NCBI GenBank assembly: GCA_951406725.2
Contig: OX597818.1
Coordinates: 105,648,001-105,712,000, forward strand
Reading direction: 5' to 3'
DNA length: 64,000 nucleotides
Source: Octopus vulgaris
Taxonomy: Eukaryota
Below, in pieces: positions 10,980-24,025 of this stretch (positions within the stretch are counted from its first letter, which is position 1; the number at the start of each line of letters is the position of its first letter). The translations under genes and the position numbers were made by a program. The notes under the pieces are model-generated. The model was not told where the DNA came from. It saw only the letters and a program-made list of their open reading frames with translations, and did no database searches.

Positions 10980-12720
10980 CCCCTGGTGAAGGCCAATTTA
11001 TGGAGTTGCTCTGAGCTTCCATCCATAAAGGGTTTAACTTTATGGTATATCATCAGATTCCAAGAGTTGTTGGCCAAAAACCTCTTTAAAATACAGAGAG
11101 GAAAAGTCTCACTAGAAAGGCAAATATAAACAAGTGGATTATCTCCCTTTGCTAATGGCTCTCCACTTCCAGCGGTTCCCAAAATGCCAGCAGAAATCTC
11201 CTAAAATGGAAACATGGCCCGAAGATCTTCATTCTGGAGTTAAGTATAGTCCTGGTTTCAGTGAGTCATTTAGGATTCTCATGCATTCAGCTATACATAA
11301 CTTGCAGCATTTTGTCCCATTGATGAAGGGGGCCTGGGTTTTCGGGGATTTTCCATGGGATCGTGTGTAGAACTCAGTTGTCTTTTAGTTGCCAAACATG
11401 GTTGGCCAGCGATGTTACATATCTCCTTTCCAGGACTCTGAAGGAGGATCTGTGGTTGAAAAAGTGTTTCTTGAGCGAATTTCCAGTACAACCAATGTAC
11501 TTCTGTGGACACTCAATGCTGGTGCTGTACTTGTTGTTGTTGCTGCTACTGTTGCTGTTCCTGCAGTTGTAGCTGCTGATGTCATTGCTGTCACCAATGT
11601 TGTTGCTGCTGCTGTTGATGCTGACAATGTTGGAGCTTTGGCTGCTGGAGGTGGTGGTTGCATTGGTAATGTTACTGCCCCTGCATGTGTTGCCGGTAAT
11701 GCACCTGTTGATGTTGTTACTAATACTGTCGATGTTGCCACTGATGTTGTTGTTGTCGTTGTCGCTGCTGCTGTTTGTTTGTTTGTTTGTTTGTTGAGTG
11801 AAGCGGTCTTTGTCCCAGAGCTCGCAAGATCGTGCCTCTGTAGTGGGAGAAGTCCAAAACATGGTCCTTTGCTATTCGTAAGACCTGCAGACGAGAAAGC
11901 AGGTCAACCCCCAACACCGAGAGCATCGATGGATGGATGAATGTGCATCCAGGCTCAGCAGTTGCGTAGGAAGTCGGGGACAAGAAACACGAAGAAAGAG
12001 TGAGAGAAAGTTGGAGTGAAAGAGCACAACATGGGTCGCCACCACCCCCTGCCGGAGCCTCGTAGGGCTTAAGGTGTTTTCACTCTGCTGCTGCTGTTGC
12101 CATTGACGATGCTGTTGCTGGAGCCAGGGCTCTCAGTGTTGGCAAAGGTAGTGGTGATGGTGGCATTGGTAATGCTATTGCCATTGCCAGTTATAGAGGA
12201 GGCGCTGTAGTTATTAACGCTGTAGCTAAGGTTGTTGCTATTATTATTGTGGTCTTCAACAATGGTGGTGAGGGCTGCTACTGGTGCCAGAGGTGTCATT
12301 AGTTGAGCTTATGCTGGTGCTTCTGCTAGGGCCGGTGTTGCTGCTGTTGGTGTTGTTTCTTGTATAGTTGGTGTTGGCACTGGGTCTGTTACTGCTGTTA
12401 CAATTGATCCTGCCAGTCTGGGCATTGGCAGGTCTGCTACTGTGGACATCAGGGAAGCTGCTGGTAAGGCGACATTCCTGTAGTTGATGTTAGTGATGGG
12501 GCCATTGGGGGTGTTGTTGGCGCTGCTGTTGTTGATGTTGCTAAAGCTGTCCACTGTAGTTGCAGTGGCGGTATTGTTGGCCCTGTTGTTGGTTCTGTTA
12601 TCATATCTATGGCTGCTATTGTTTTTGTCAGTAGAATTGGCAGGGTTCGCTTGTACTTCAACTTGCTAGACGACTCCTTTGGTTTCACAGTGGCCTCTAC
12701 TGGGCAACTGTTGTGGATCC
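10980..12720 (-). mobile_element. PLE-derived element: Asn/Ser/Thr-rich low-complexity region followed by a GIY-YIG C-terminal half (~11150-11510) and a structured 3' end
   Basis: KYIGCTGNSLKKHFFNHRSSFRVLERRYVTSLANHVWQLKDN...IPWKI...ILNSRMKIFGPCFHFRRFLL matches the PLE endonuclease end; it contains stop codons. Confidence 0.7.
11773..12085 (-). mobile_element. 5'-truncated SINE-like insertion with (AAAC)n tail
   Basis: A complex GC-richer block interrupts the (CAG/CAA)-rich sequence, ends in aacaaacaaac, and has cagcagcag on both sides. Confidence 0.55.
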
Positions 12721-14040
12721 TACACAAACACAGGAACAAATAAAAAGAAAAACTACAATAAAAAGGGGGAATCTAATTTTCTGTTTGGTGTGTTAGGGGC
12801 AAGATTTGTCTTGCAGAATTTTGTGACTTGAGGTAATGGTTGTATAAACAATCATTGGGGCAAGAATCAAAAAGGGTTTTCAAGTTTTTGATTTATGCGA
12901 AGGTTGCATCCAGGATTTAGGATTTCAGCAAGAGAAACCACAAAATGATCCAAGAAAAGATTCATGTAGTAATCTTATATCTTTTATCTTTTACTTGTGT
13001 TGGTCATTAGACTGTGGCCATGCTGGGGCACTGCTTTGAAGTATTTTTACTCAAATGAATTGACCCCATTACTTTTTTTAAAAGCCTGATACTTATTCTA
13101 TCAATTTCTTTTGCTAAATTATAAAGTTATACGGATGTAAATACACCAACACTGGTTGTTGAGTGGTGATGAGGGACAAACACACACACACACACACACA
13201 CGACAAGTTTCTTTCAGTTTCTGTCTACTAAACCCACTCACAAGGCTATAGCAGAAGATACTTGCTCAAGGTGTCACACAGCGGGACTGAACCTGGAACC
13301 GTGTGGTTGGAAAGTAAGCTTCTTACCACACATCCACGCCTAAATATTATTAGGAATTGTACAAAAAAAAATTGTTAAAATATTTTGTGTATTTTAGAAG
13401 TATGCCCAATTTATTGCACATAAATGTTAACAACACAATCTTATATAGACCCCAAAGGGCCATGTGGACCCTGGTTGAGAAACACTGTTCTAGATGCTAA
13501 TCTATTGCAGATTAAAAAGTCCTGAAATAACTGTAAGCTAATCCCTAAAACATCGTAAATGACACTTGTGTTATGGTCAAATAGCAATAGAAGAGCCTCA
13601 ACCAAAGGGAAATAGCAGCCATATGTCTTTCAAATCACTCTCCATCATTTTGGAAAAGGAGGGACACCTAGATATACAAATATACAATATAAATTTGGCT
13701 GACCTCAAGCTAAACAACAAGTGTTATGGCTGAAGATAAAAGACAGAGTAGTTGCTACAGATTTCAATTCAAGACAGCAAGTGGTAGTCTAATATCTTAT
13801 CTACAAAACCAGAGAAGAAATTGAGAAGTAAACATGTATCAAGTAACCATGTATCCTTTTACATTTGGAACATGGCTTATAGCTTGTGAAAGATTTTATT
13901 CCCATAAAGTAAACCAACACTTATAACAGTAAAGCAATTTAAATAGTGCTCACGACTAGTATGAGAGCTGGTAATATAAAGAACATTCTTGAAGTGTTTG
14001 TGTGGAAGGGAGGGTGAGTGCACACACACGCACACACACA

Positions 14041-14102
<62 letters not shown>

Positions 14103-14282
14103 TCAAAAATGTTGAACATAGTGAAAATCAAGAAACCTTTAAACTGGTTTTGCTTCTGAACTCTAACACAGGAAGTGTGCTAAAACCAGATAAATCATTC
14201 ATTAAAGCTCAACAGGAAAATCAAACTTTTATCAAATTTATTATAAGTAAAAATATGAGAATAGTAAGAAAGAGATGGACAG

Positions 14283-14314
<32 letters not shown>

Positions 14315-14843
14315 TGAATGAGGAATAGTTAAGGAAAGGCAAGAGGAGGAACATCAGAAACATATAGTAACAGATTGTCAGGGAAAGAGAGAGGGAGACA
14401 TTCACTTATGTATATGAGTGTGTGTGCATGAAAATGTATAAAGATACATTGAAAAAAAAATATATATATATATATTTACAAATTTTATTTGTTTCAGTCA
14501 TTAGACTGCAGCCATGCTGGGGGCACTGCCTTGAATTTTTAGTTGAATGAATTGACTCCAGTACTTCAGTTTTTGTTGTAGGGAATTAGTAATAATGGTA
14601 CACCTCTTCCACATGATGAGTGGAATGAACCAGTCACTATAATTAAGGTGACATCAGCCAGTATTGAGGAGAGTACAAATAGACTGTGTTGATAGTTGTG
14701 TCTGTGCTGATATAGTAATTATGCTGTGATAATGAGTGGATATTATAACAATCCAGCCTTTTGGGGATAATAACACTATACAACTGGGGATTGTACAGTG
14801 CCAAATAGAAACATTCTATTGACAACTTCAGAATATAACAATA

Positions 14844-16133
14844 CGAGGGGCGTTCAATAAGTAATGCCCCTGACCCACTTCCCATAGCAGTAGAGCAACG
14901 AAACTTGGCACAGTTATTAGTCTTTTTCTACATAGGAACCACCCAGAGTTACGCATTTCTGCCATCGTTTGATGCGGCTCTGGAGACCGTTTTTGTAGAA
15001 GAACCCAGCTTGGTCCTCCAACCATGACGTGACTTCAGAAATCAAGGCTGCATCATCTGGGAAACGCTTTCCTTTCAAAAACAACTTCATGATTGGGAAG
15101 AGGTGAAAATCAGAGGGTGCAAGGTCAGGAAAGTAGGGGGATGGGGAGGAGTTCATAGCCATATGCCTGTGCTTCTGATCTGGTGACAAGCGAGTTGTGG
15201 ACCGGAGCGTTGTCCTGCAGGAGGAGGATGCCTTTGCTGATCTTGCCCCGCCTCTTGATTTTGATAACTTCTCTTAATTTCCTCAAAACTGAAGCATAAT
15301 AGGCTCCTGCAATTGTGGTACCCTTTGCCAGGAAATCTGTCATCACTATTCCGTCCTGGTCCCAGAAGACTGTGAGCATGACCTTGCCAGCGGGGGGCTG
15401 CACCCTTGCCTTCTTTGGAGGGGGTGGGTCACTGTGCTTCCACTGCATTGACTGGGCTTTGGTCTCTGGACCTTCGTGATGGACCCAGGTTTCATCCTGT
15501 GTAATCAGTCTTTTGAAAAATTTTGACTCATCTTCTTGGCACATCTCCAAATTCACCCTCGAGCACTCAACGCGTTCTTGCTTCAGGAAAGGCGTGAGCA
15601 GCCTGGAAATCCATCTGGCAGACACCTTTTGCATATGCAAATGGTCATGAATGATAGTTTCCACAGACCCGGTACTAATCTTGACCTCATGGGCTATTTG
15701 GCGAATAATTATGCGTCGATCTTCCAAAATGGCAGCCTCAACTTGACGGACAGATGCCTCATCAATGGCAGAAGGGGGCGACCAGATCTGGGAGCTGTTT
15801 CCACAGAGTTCTGACCATGTTTGAATTCATGATGCCAGCGTTTTACAAGGTCATATGATGGGGCATCATCACCATAAGTTACTTTCATTTCATCAAAAGT
15901 CTCCCGTGGTGTGCGTCCTTTCAAATACAAAAACCGGATCACTGCTCGACACTCAACAGGCTTCATTTCACACTTGACTCGGTTCAAACACCTGTAAATC
16001 AGAAACCACAATTAATTCAGAGCTGTAATTTGCCACTTACTCTATAGAGATATAAATGATTGCACATGCAAAATTTCATCTAGATCAAACAACTGCAAGT
16101 GGGTCAGAGGCATTACTTATTGAACGTCCCTCG
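14844..16133 (-). mobile_element. Full-length mariner transposon (1290 bp)
   Basis: TIRs CGAGGGGCGTTCAATAAGTAATGCCCCTGACCCAC / GTGGGTCAGAGGCATTACTTATTGAACGTCCCTCG, with TA on both sides. Confidence 0.95.
14917..15966 (-). pseudogene. Mariner DD34D transposase, two frameshifts
   Basis: Three consecutive ORFs: HTH (RAVIRFL...VKRWHHEFK...PRSGRP), ITQDETW...LLQDNAPVH, and PDLAPSDFHLF...RWQKCV..GGSYVE. Confidence 0.92.
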
Positions 16134-18522
16134 TATCTGTTAGAGTGACAACTGTCGTACAAAGACAGATATAACAGTGGTGACAAGGATAAACCAATTC
16201 ACATGGAGTTGTAGTGGCAATATATATTCAGTACCAGGTGTTTATATGGCTGCGTGTATAATATTACAAGAGTTCATATAGAGATGAAGAATAAATTCAA
16301 GAACTATATGTTTACTACATAAAAATATATTTTATTTACTGGCCAATGATGATACATAATCAAAATGTTGAATCTAGTTGAATGAAATTACGGAAGATTT
16401 ATTGACCAGTTTGCTTCAGTTGCAAAAACAGTAACAACATCAGTTGAAAGAACAACAACAACAGTAAATACAACTCCAAGAGTAACAACAGAAGCAACAA
16501 CAACAACAATTAATACTACAGCAACAAATGCTGCAATTACTGATGTAGCCAGGAAAGTCAGGAAAAGTGTTTTTGCCAGACTATGTTATGAATTCAATAA
16601 CTGAATTCAAATGTGAACCTGATGAAGGAGTTACCTTCGAGGCTTACTACAGAAGATATGAGCAAATCTTCACAAAAGAATGTAAAAATTAGGATGCAAG
16701 ATAAAAACTCAATTAATTGTCAGAAAACTAGCGCCAACAGAACATGAACAATGCAGTAATTTTGTACTCCCAAGAAAACCTTTGGACGTAAACTTTAATG
16801 ACACAATTGATATATTATATAAAATTTTCAGTGAAGAAAGTTCATTGTTCAACACACATTGAAAGTGTTTGAACATAGAGAAAAACAACAACAAAGACTT
16901 TATAACATATGCTGATAGGGTAAACAGGGAATGCAAGAAGTTTAAGCTGGATAAATCAACTCCAGATATATTCAAATGCCTGATTTTTACACAGGGATTA
17001 ACTGCTGAAAAGGACCCAGAAATCAGAACTAGAATTCTTGCAAAGCTGGAGCAAAACCAGGATGTAACCCAGCGAAAAGTATCTGAAGAATGTGAAAGGA
17101 TACTTAAATTAAGACACGACACAGAGGAAATTGAATGTAAAGATTGTTTCCGAGTAAAACCAGTGTGGAATAGTCTGAATAGAGATAATGTGTTTTCTAA
17201 AATACATGACAAATATCAGGATTTAAACCCATGTTTTGCATCTGGTGGTATGCACTTGAGGAAAAATTGTCCATTTAAAAAAAAGCGTGTTTTCATTGTG
17301 GAAAATAGGACATATAAAGTCACACTGTAGAATGGGTGATAAAACGTCAGAACAAAGAGAAAAAAGTAAATTGTTTGTCATTGAATAAAAAGTTTCATAT
17401 AATGAACAGAAAACATTTGTAAATGTGAAAATTAAAAATACAAGTGTAAAATTGAAGTTCAACACAGGTAGTGACATGACCACTATAAACAAAAAACCAT
17501 GGAGATATATCAGTAAGCCAAAATTAATTAGATCTAAAAAGGTAGCTCATGGTGTTACAGGAAAAAGATTATGTTTTATCGGTGAATGTGTTTGTAGCAT
17601 AACATTTCAAGTTCAAACGAAAAAGTCTAAGATATATGTATTAAAACATTCACTGAACTTATTTGGCATAGAGTGGATACAATGATTTAATTTATGGGAT
17701 ACACCCATAAGTGTTTTGTGTAAATGTACAGTTGCCTCAGTCGAAGGTTCAAATGAGGCCAAATGACTGAAGCAAAAGATTGCAGTAAGACACAAAACAT
17801 CTGTATCTAGGTCAAAAAGAAATGTACCGTTTGCAGCAATAGACCAAGTTAACAAAGAAATGGAAAGACTGGAAAGTCTTAGTATAATTGAAAAGAATGA
17901 CCATGCAGACTGGGCAACACCAACGGTTTACGTGAAAAAGAAGACTGACAAACGAAGAGTTTGTATAGATTTTTCAACAAGGGTGAACAGTTCGTTTCTT
18001 TCAAACCTACACAAACACAAGGACAGATATACACACACACACACATACATACATATATGACAAGTTTCTTTCAGTTTCTGTCTACTAAACCCACTCACAA
18101 GGCTATAGCAGAAGATACTTGCTCAAGGTGTCACACAGTGGGACTGAACTTGGAACCATGTGGCTGGGAAGTAAGCTTCTTACCACACAGTCATGCCTAA
18201 ATATTATTAGGAATTGTACAAAAAAAAAAGATATTTTGTGTATTGTAGAAGTATAACTAATTTATCTATTTGTTCGTTTCTTATGGGCAGAATTGGTCCA
18301 CGAGGAGTATCAAGCAAACAACTCTTCTTTATAAACATGTTTTTCAGTCACTTTCTGATCAACAATGCTGCAGTTTCCATCTACGAAATTCAGTCACAAG
18401 TCTGTGGTTGGCCTAGGGCTATAGTAGAAAACACTTGCCCAAGGTATTATGCTGAGGGACTGAACATGGAACCATGTGGTTGAGAAGCAAACTTCTCAAA
18501 CATACAGTCATTCTTGTATCTA

Positions 18523-18558
<36 letters not shown>

Positions 18559-18849
18559 GCGTGTGTTTACATTTGTTGTTAAATCGAGTATTGTGTCCCA
18601 CTATGTCTCAAAGTTAGCAGTTCATCAAGCAGAGATCTATAAAATAAATGCCAGACTGAAATACATACTGAGGCCAGTATGATCAATCAAATCTTCAAAG
18701 ATGATACCCTATCATGGCATCAGTCGAAAGGTTAAACCCAGTAAAATAATGTTTAAAGATTTAATGGCTTCAAATTTAAGGTTATAGATTACTAACCACA
18801 AGATAATGAGTTCAAAACTTTGTATTAAACTTCCACTCTACATGGTAAC

Positions 18850-19310
18850 ACTATATGTACATCCCAGCCTACTTGACTTCCAACAATTAATAATTGTAAT
18901 TAAGCAATAAGAAAGATACTGGTCACAACCATTAGGCTTTGGAACAGTGCAATGACAACCAGTTTGGCAGCTGTTATTGCTCTCAACTCTAAAGTTTATT
19001 GCCAATACCTCTAAGATCTTCCATACATATATCACCATATATCTCTCCTGTTTTTACTTCAGGGAGTAGAGTTGTAGCTCTTTCAGTCTCTCCTGGTTGC
19101 TCAGCTGTTCCATTAATGTTCATATCAATCTCCAGATCACCCGCTGTACTTTACCCTGGGATTGCCGCTCCTTTTGGTCTAAAGTGCCATTGTTGTGGTA
19201 TGTGAGTAGTAACTAGTTGTTAGTGGAGAGCTTGGAATTTCCCTGCATTAAGTTGCATATTGTTTTCTTCTACCCATTTATATATGGCATCTAGGTTTTT
19301 CTGTTGAAGA
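18850..19310 (-). mobile_element. CR1/L2-type LINE RT C-terminal relic
   Basis: The minus strand encodes LDAIYKWVEENNMQLNAGKFQAL and IYVWKILE. Confidence 0.6.
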
Positions 19311-19931
19311 TTGGAATTAAACAACAACAATAATAATGACAGTGATAATACCAAGGAAAGAACCTGCATGAGAGGAAGATCAAGGAATGCATGGGAAGAA
19401 TGGAAGTTGATATGAGAAGGTTAAACTTCAGGAAAGAGATGACAAAGGATCATAAATAGCAAGATGCTGTGCTAAATAAGATCTGTTCAACTTATGCAAT
19501 CATAGAAAAATAGATTTAAAATGATGATGATGATGATGATAAAGATGTTAATCATAGTGACAGTGGCACTAGCCCTCCTCCTCCTGCTATTGCTGCTGCT
19601 GATGATAACGATGATGATGATGAACTCATAAGCTGTTTTATTTCTTGTCTAGTTGCTCTTTATATCATCAAGCACCAAGTTAGAAATGATCACAGGTGTT
19701 TATCAAGGCATCAGCACTAGAGAAGTCATTTACCCTAACTATAAGGCTTCTTGTTTTCTTCTATATCAGTTTAATATCTGAATAATTGCTCCTAATTCCT
19801 CTACATGAGTTGTTATCAGCATGGCATGTGGAGTCACAGTTCTTCTCCTTTCTCAACAAGAAGTTAATAAAGAATAAAAAGATAAAAAGTAATGGTGAAA
19901 AGGATAAACTAAATAAGAAACATTCAGCAAA

Positions 19932-19985
<54 letters not shown>

Positions 19986-20869
19986 AGATTTAAGATTAAC
20001 AAGAAAAGCAAGTGAAATATGAAAAAAAAATGACAACATTGGATACAAGAAAGACTTGGAAAGAAAGAGTTAATTGTATAATGAAAGTAAAACAGGAAGG
20101 TGGTGAGAAGTACAAATTGATATGCAGTACTTAAAATGTGTAATTAACACATGAAGTATAAATTTAAACTCTACATGGGAGAAACAAATGAGAATAGAGA
20201 CTGGTACTTTACACTGCATGTAATTGTTGATATGTATGTAGCTGAAACTCTGTATTGTATGTAACTGGTGCTCACTACACTGTGTAACTAGTGTTGTAAT
20301 TTAGTAATGTGTTCAGCAAGCAATACATAGAATCTACATTTTCCTGTCAGAGAGTCTTCATTTTCCTTTTTCTAAAATTAATCACTGTTGTTGTTTAACC
20401 CCATGTCAGTCCTGATCCAGCAGTTGTGTGACCAAAAGTATATCAGCCTTGACCATCCCATCTGTTTTAAGCATATGTTGTTGATGACATTGATGGTTGT
20501 TGCTACTGCTGTCATTTGTAATGAAGTAAGATTTATTAGTAGAAGAGGGCTCTTTTTTGCAAAGTTAAAGAGGAAATTTCATTATTCTTGCATTTTTATG
20601 AGATTGTAGACTAAAAGTGCTGGCACCACAGATATTGCAGAATATTGTTAGCAGATCTCTATCATAACTTTTTCTCTCTTTGCTTCCTTTTGTTCCATCC
20701 AGTTTGACCCTGCAGCATTTATCACTTTCTTTATAAACCTCTGCCTTTATTGGCACTGTTTTGCAGTGTTTTCCAAACTTTTTTACTGAATGCTCATCAA
20801 AAATACTAAAACACTTACTACAACCCTTAGAATTTACAGTATGCAAGAGAGGTAGTCCACCATAAAGTC

Positions 20870-21347
20870 CAGTCCTTGTTGTGGTATACTGACTTGTAAG
20901 TCTCAGTGACCCTGAGCTATGCCAACAGAGTGCAGGCTCCTAATAGGGCCTCCTATGCTGGACAGGTCAAAAGAGAGAGACTAGACCAATACGGACCATC
21001 TCTTCCCAGAAGTAAGAATGAGTTTGCATGGTTAACACTTCTACCTAAAACAAAAAAGCAAAGTTACAGAAGCATTGATGACAATTAAAAACCAACAAGA
21101 CCTGGAAAAGCAGGGAAGCCTTCTTTCAGGTAAACATATGACATACAGCAGCAAATTCTAAATGGACAAGTCAAGCCTTGACCTGGAACCCACCAGGGAG
21201 GCAAAAGATGGCAGGATACTGAAACAGAGCTGAAGAAACAGAGAACCAACTGGAGAAATGCAGAAAAAATATCTCAGAATTGAGAACAGTGGAGCTAAGT
21301 TGTTGATAGCCTATGCTCCTTAGAGAATGAAGAGCTTAAGTAAGTAA
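20870..21347 (+). mobile_element. Internally deleted RTE-like element with (TAAG)n tail
   Basis: QALTWNPPG..., W..VVDSLCS and a taagtaagtaa tail. Confidence 0.55.
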
Positions 21348-21361
21348 TAGAGACAAATGTA

Positions 21362-22215
21362 CCAGGTGGTACCAAAAGGTTCCCAGACTAGTTATGCTTA
21401 ATAAAAAATAACTTATTTGCTTAAGTTTTATCATCATCTCCTTTGAAATAGTCACCTTGCACAGCAATACATTGGTCCCACTTTTGGAATCTGGCCTGGA
21501 TGTCATTTTCCGTAAGTCAGTCAAGGACCTTCAGCAATTCACTATGGATCTCAGCAACAGTGTTAAAATGGTGACCTTTCAGGTGCATTTTCATTTTCGG
21601 GAAGAGATGGAAGTCTACAGGTGCTAAATCTGGCAAATAGGGCAGGTGAAGAAGTGACACCATGTTGTTTATGGCAAGAAACTCAGAAGTGAGGAGAGCT
21701 CAGTTACAGGGTGCACTGTCATTGTGAAGAACCTAATACATTGTACCCTGCAGATCCGGTTACTTTCACCAAATGTCTTCCTTCAAATGCTTCAAAACGT
21801 CAAAGTAAAACTTTTGATTGATGGTCTGACCCCGGGGGATGAATTCTCGATGCACAATTCCACATTTCCAGAGGTGACACTCATAGCAGGTCTTTCAGAT
21901 CACCCATCATCTTCCAGCAACATTCTTCTGCTTTTGAAGTGCCCATACCACTTGAAACATTGAGTATGACCCACTGCTTCATCACTATAAGTGTGCCGAA
22001 GCATGCTCAATGTCTGTAGCAGACTTCCCAAGATTAATGCAAAATTTTACGTTGGCTCTTTGTTCCTGTCCATGAAAGAAGCATATACATGATCACAAAA
22101 ACACAAATTTCACAACTTGTGAAGTAAACATAGTGATGTCAGTTGGCCCACTGCCTCATGAAGGTCACTTCATGGCAGCATGCTACAAAACTGGGAACTT
22201 TTTGATATCACTTCG
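21362..22215 (-). mobile_element. Internally deleted or decayed mariner element
   Basis: Imperfect TIRs CCAGGTGGTACCAAAAGGTTCCCAG / CTGGGAACTTTTTGATATCACTTCG, each flanked by TA. Confidence 0.7.
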
Positions 22216-22984
22216 TATTGCTCCTAATGCATTAGATTCTAGTTGTCATTTCATTATTGTATATGGTAGGTTGTAAACTGAGGAAGATTTTACTGCTTTA
22301 TTCTAGCAGGATGAGCAACCACATACAGGGTCACTCATTGGCTCGTTCTAAAAGTGGCGCTCCTTCATGACATTAGTTGTGATTGCTAAAATGAACCAAG
22401 GAAATAAACAGCTTAATAATGAAATAATAAAATCAAGGTGGTGGATATACACATAAGAAATGATTTAAGAGAGAAAGAAAAGGAAAATAATCCAAGTTAG
22501 AGAGTTTGCTAAACAGAAGTGTATACAGACAGACAGACGTGCATGCATGCCTACATGCATACAAACATGTGTGTATGAGCAGAGAAGAAAGAACCTACAT
22601 TCCAGATTGGCCATTAGAGAGATATGAAAACAAGATCACAACAGGCGAGTGTTAGTGTATCTTGGTGTAAAGTTGAGGCCAGCCAACATTTCTTGCGGAA
22701 CTTTTATTGTCAGAAAAAAAAGAAAAGAAAAGAAAACTATTTGGGTAGATGATTCAACCTAAATATAATTATTACATAAAAACAAAAGTAAAAAGGAAAA
22801 GAATAGCTAAATATAACGTCATTTCTTTTAATTAAATCATCTGATTTAGTTGTCTCAAGTAATTTTACTCTGCTTCACATCAACACACAAACATCTGTTC
22901 GTTTGTACAATAGATATGAAAACGGTTATTGTTGTTATTAAGCAGACCTTTTAAAAATCAAGCAAGCAGAAAGAACAAGATGTT

Positions 22985-24025
22985 AACATTGATGAGGGTG
23001 ATGGTGGTAGTGGTGGTTGCGGTGGTGATGTTAACGTAATGTCAATATAGTGGTGTTGGTGGTGGAGGTGATGGCGATGGTTGTGGTGGTGGTTGTAGTA
23101 ATGGTGATGATGGTGGTAGTTGTGATAGCAGTGGTTGTGATGGTGGTTGTAGGGATGGTGATGATGGTGGTGGTGGTGATGGTAGTCAGTTATAGTAATG
23201 ATGATGGTAGTTGTGATGGCGGTTGTAGTTATGGTAATGATGATGATGCTTGTGATGGAGGTCATAGTTACGGTGATGATGAGGGTAGTTATGATGGTGG
23301 TGGTGGTGGTGGTAGCAGTAGTGTGTTGTGGAGGCGGTGGTAGTGATGCAATAGTAGTGTGACAGTGGTGGTAGTGTTGTAATGGTAGTAGTAGTAGTGG
23401 TGACATAAAGACAGTGAGGTGATACTGTTGGTAATTGTGATAATAATGGGATGGCAATGTGATGGTGGCAGTGGAGTTGGCAGTAGTGATGTACTAGCAG
23501 TGTATTTGGTGATTGTAGTGTTGGTGATGCTATGTCATGGTTGTAGTAGTGGTGCTGATAGTTGTGGTAGTGGTAGCTAAAGTTAAAATGGTGTTAATGG
23601 TGGTGGGGTGTAGGTGATGGCGGTGTGGTGATGGTGATGCCGTTATGTTCTGAGTTCAAATTCCGCCGAGGTCGACTTTGCCTTTCATCCTTTCGAGGTC
23701 GATAAATTAAGTACCAGTTACGAACTGGGGTCGGTGTAATCGACTTAATTCGTTTGTCTGTCCTTGTTCGTCCCCTCTGTGTTTAGCCCCTTGTGGGTAA
23801 TAAAGAAACAGATGGTGATGGTGATGATGTGGTGGTGGTGGTGGTGGTGGTGTAGTGATGATAAAAGTGGTGATCATAAAAGTTATTGGTTGAGGGCTGA
23901 TGGGAAAAATACTGAAGGCAGTGGTAGTGTAGTGTAAGAGAGTGATGAGGTAGTTAGTAACAAGATAGCAGTGGTGGTGGTTGTTGTTGTTGTTGTTGTG
24001 GTAGTGGTGGTGGTGGTGATGACAA
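22985..24025. repeat. Degenerate (GGT/GAT/AGT)n low-complexity tract; similar tracts at 6560-6800, 27400-27725, 30610-30830, 40240-40380 and 41545-41900
   Basis: Directly visible; explains the His/Thr/Val/Met-rich spurious ORFs. Confidence 0.9.

Larger units (their letters stand above)
14574..17990 (+). mobile_element. Ty3/Gypsy LTR retrotransposon 5' portion: LTR 14574-16176 (interrupted by mariner), PBS 16178-16190, decayed gag-protease-RT start
   Basis: LTR termini TGTTGTA...TATAACA; PBS TGGTGACAAGGAT. Gag PDEGVTFEAYYRRYE...CLIFTQGL..KDPEIRTRILAKLEQ, a zinc-knuckle remnant, protease FNTGSDMTTI, and RT start VPFA..WATPTVYVKK...RVCIDFS. No 3' LTR seen. Confidence 0.85.

Noticed and set aside
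20565-20846. Cys/Lys-rich 93-aa ORF as a possible exon
   Set aside because: Another frame gives AFSKKVWK, which resembles decayed RTE sequence, and there is no convincing exon boundary.
22951-23457. His/Thr-rich 168-aa ORF
   Set aside because: Degenerate trinucleotide low-complexity tract with no splice or domain support.
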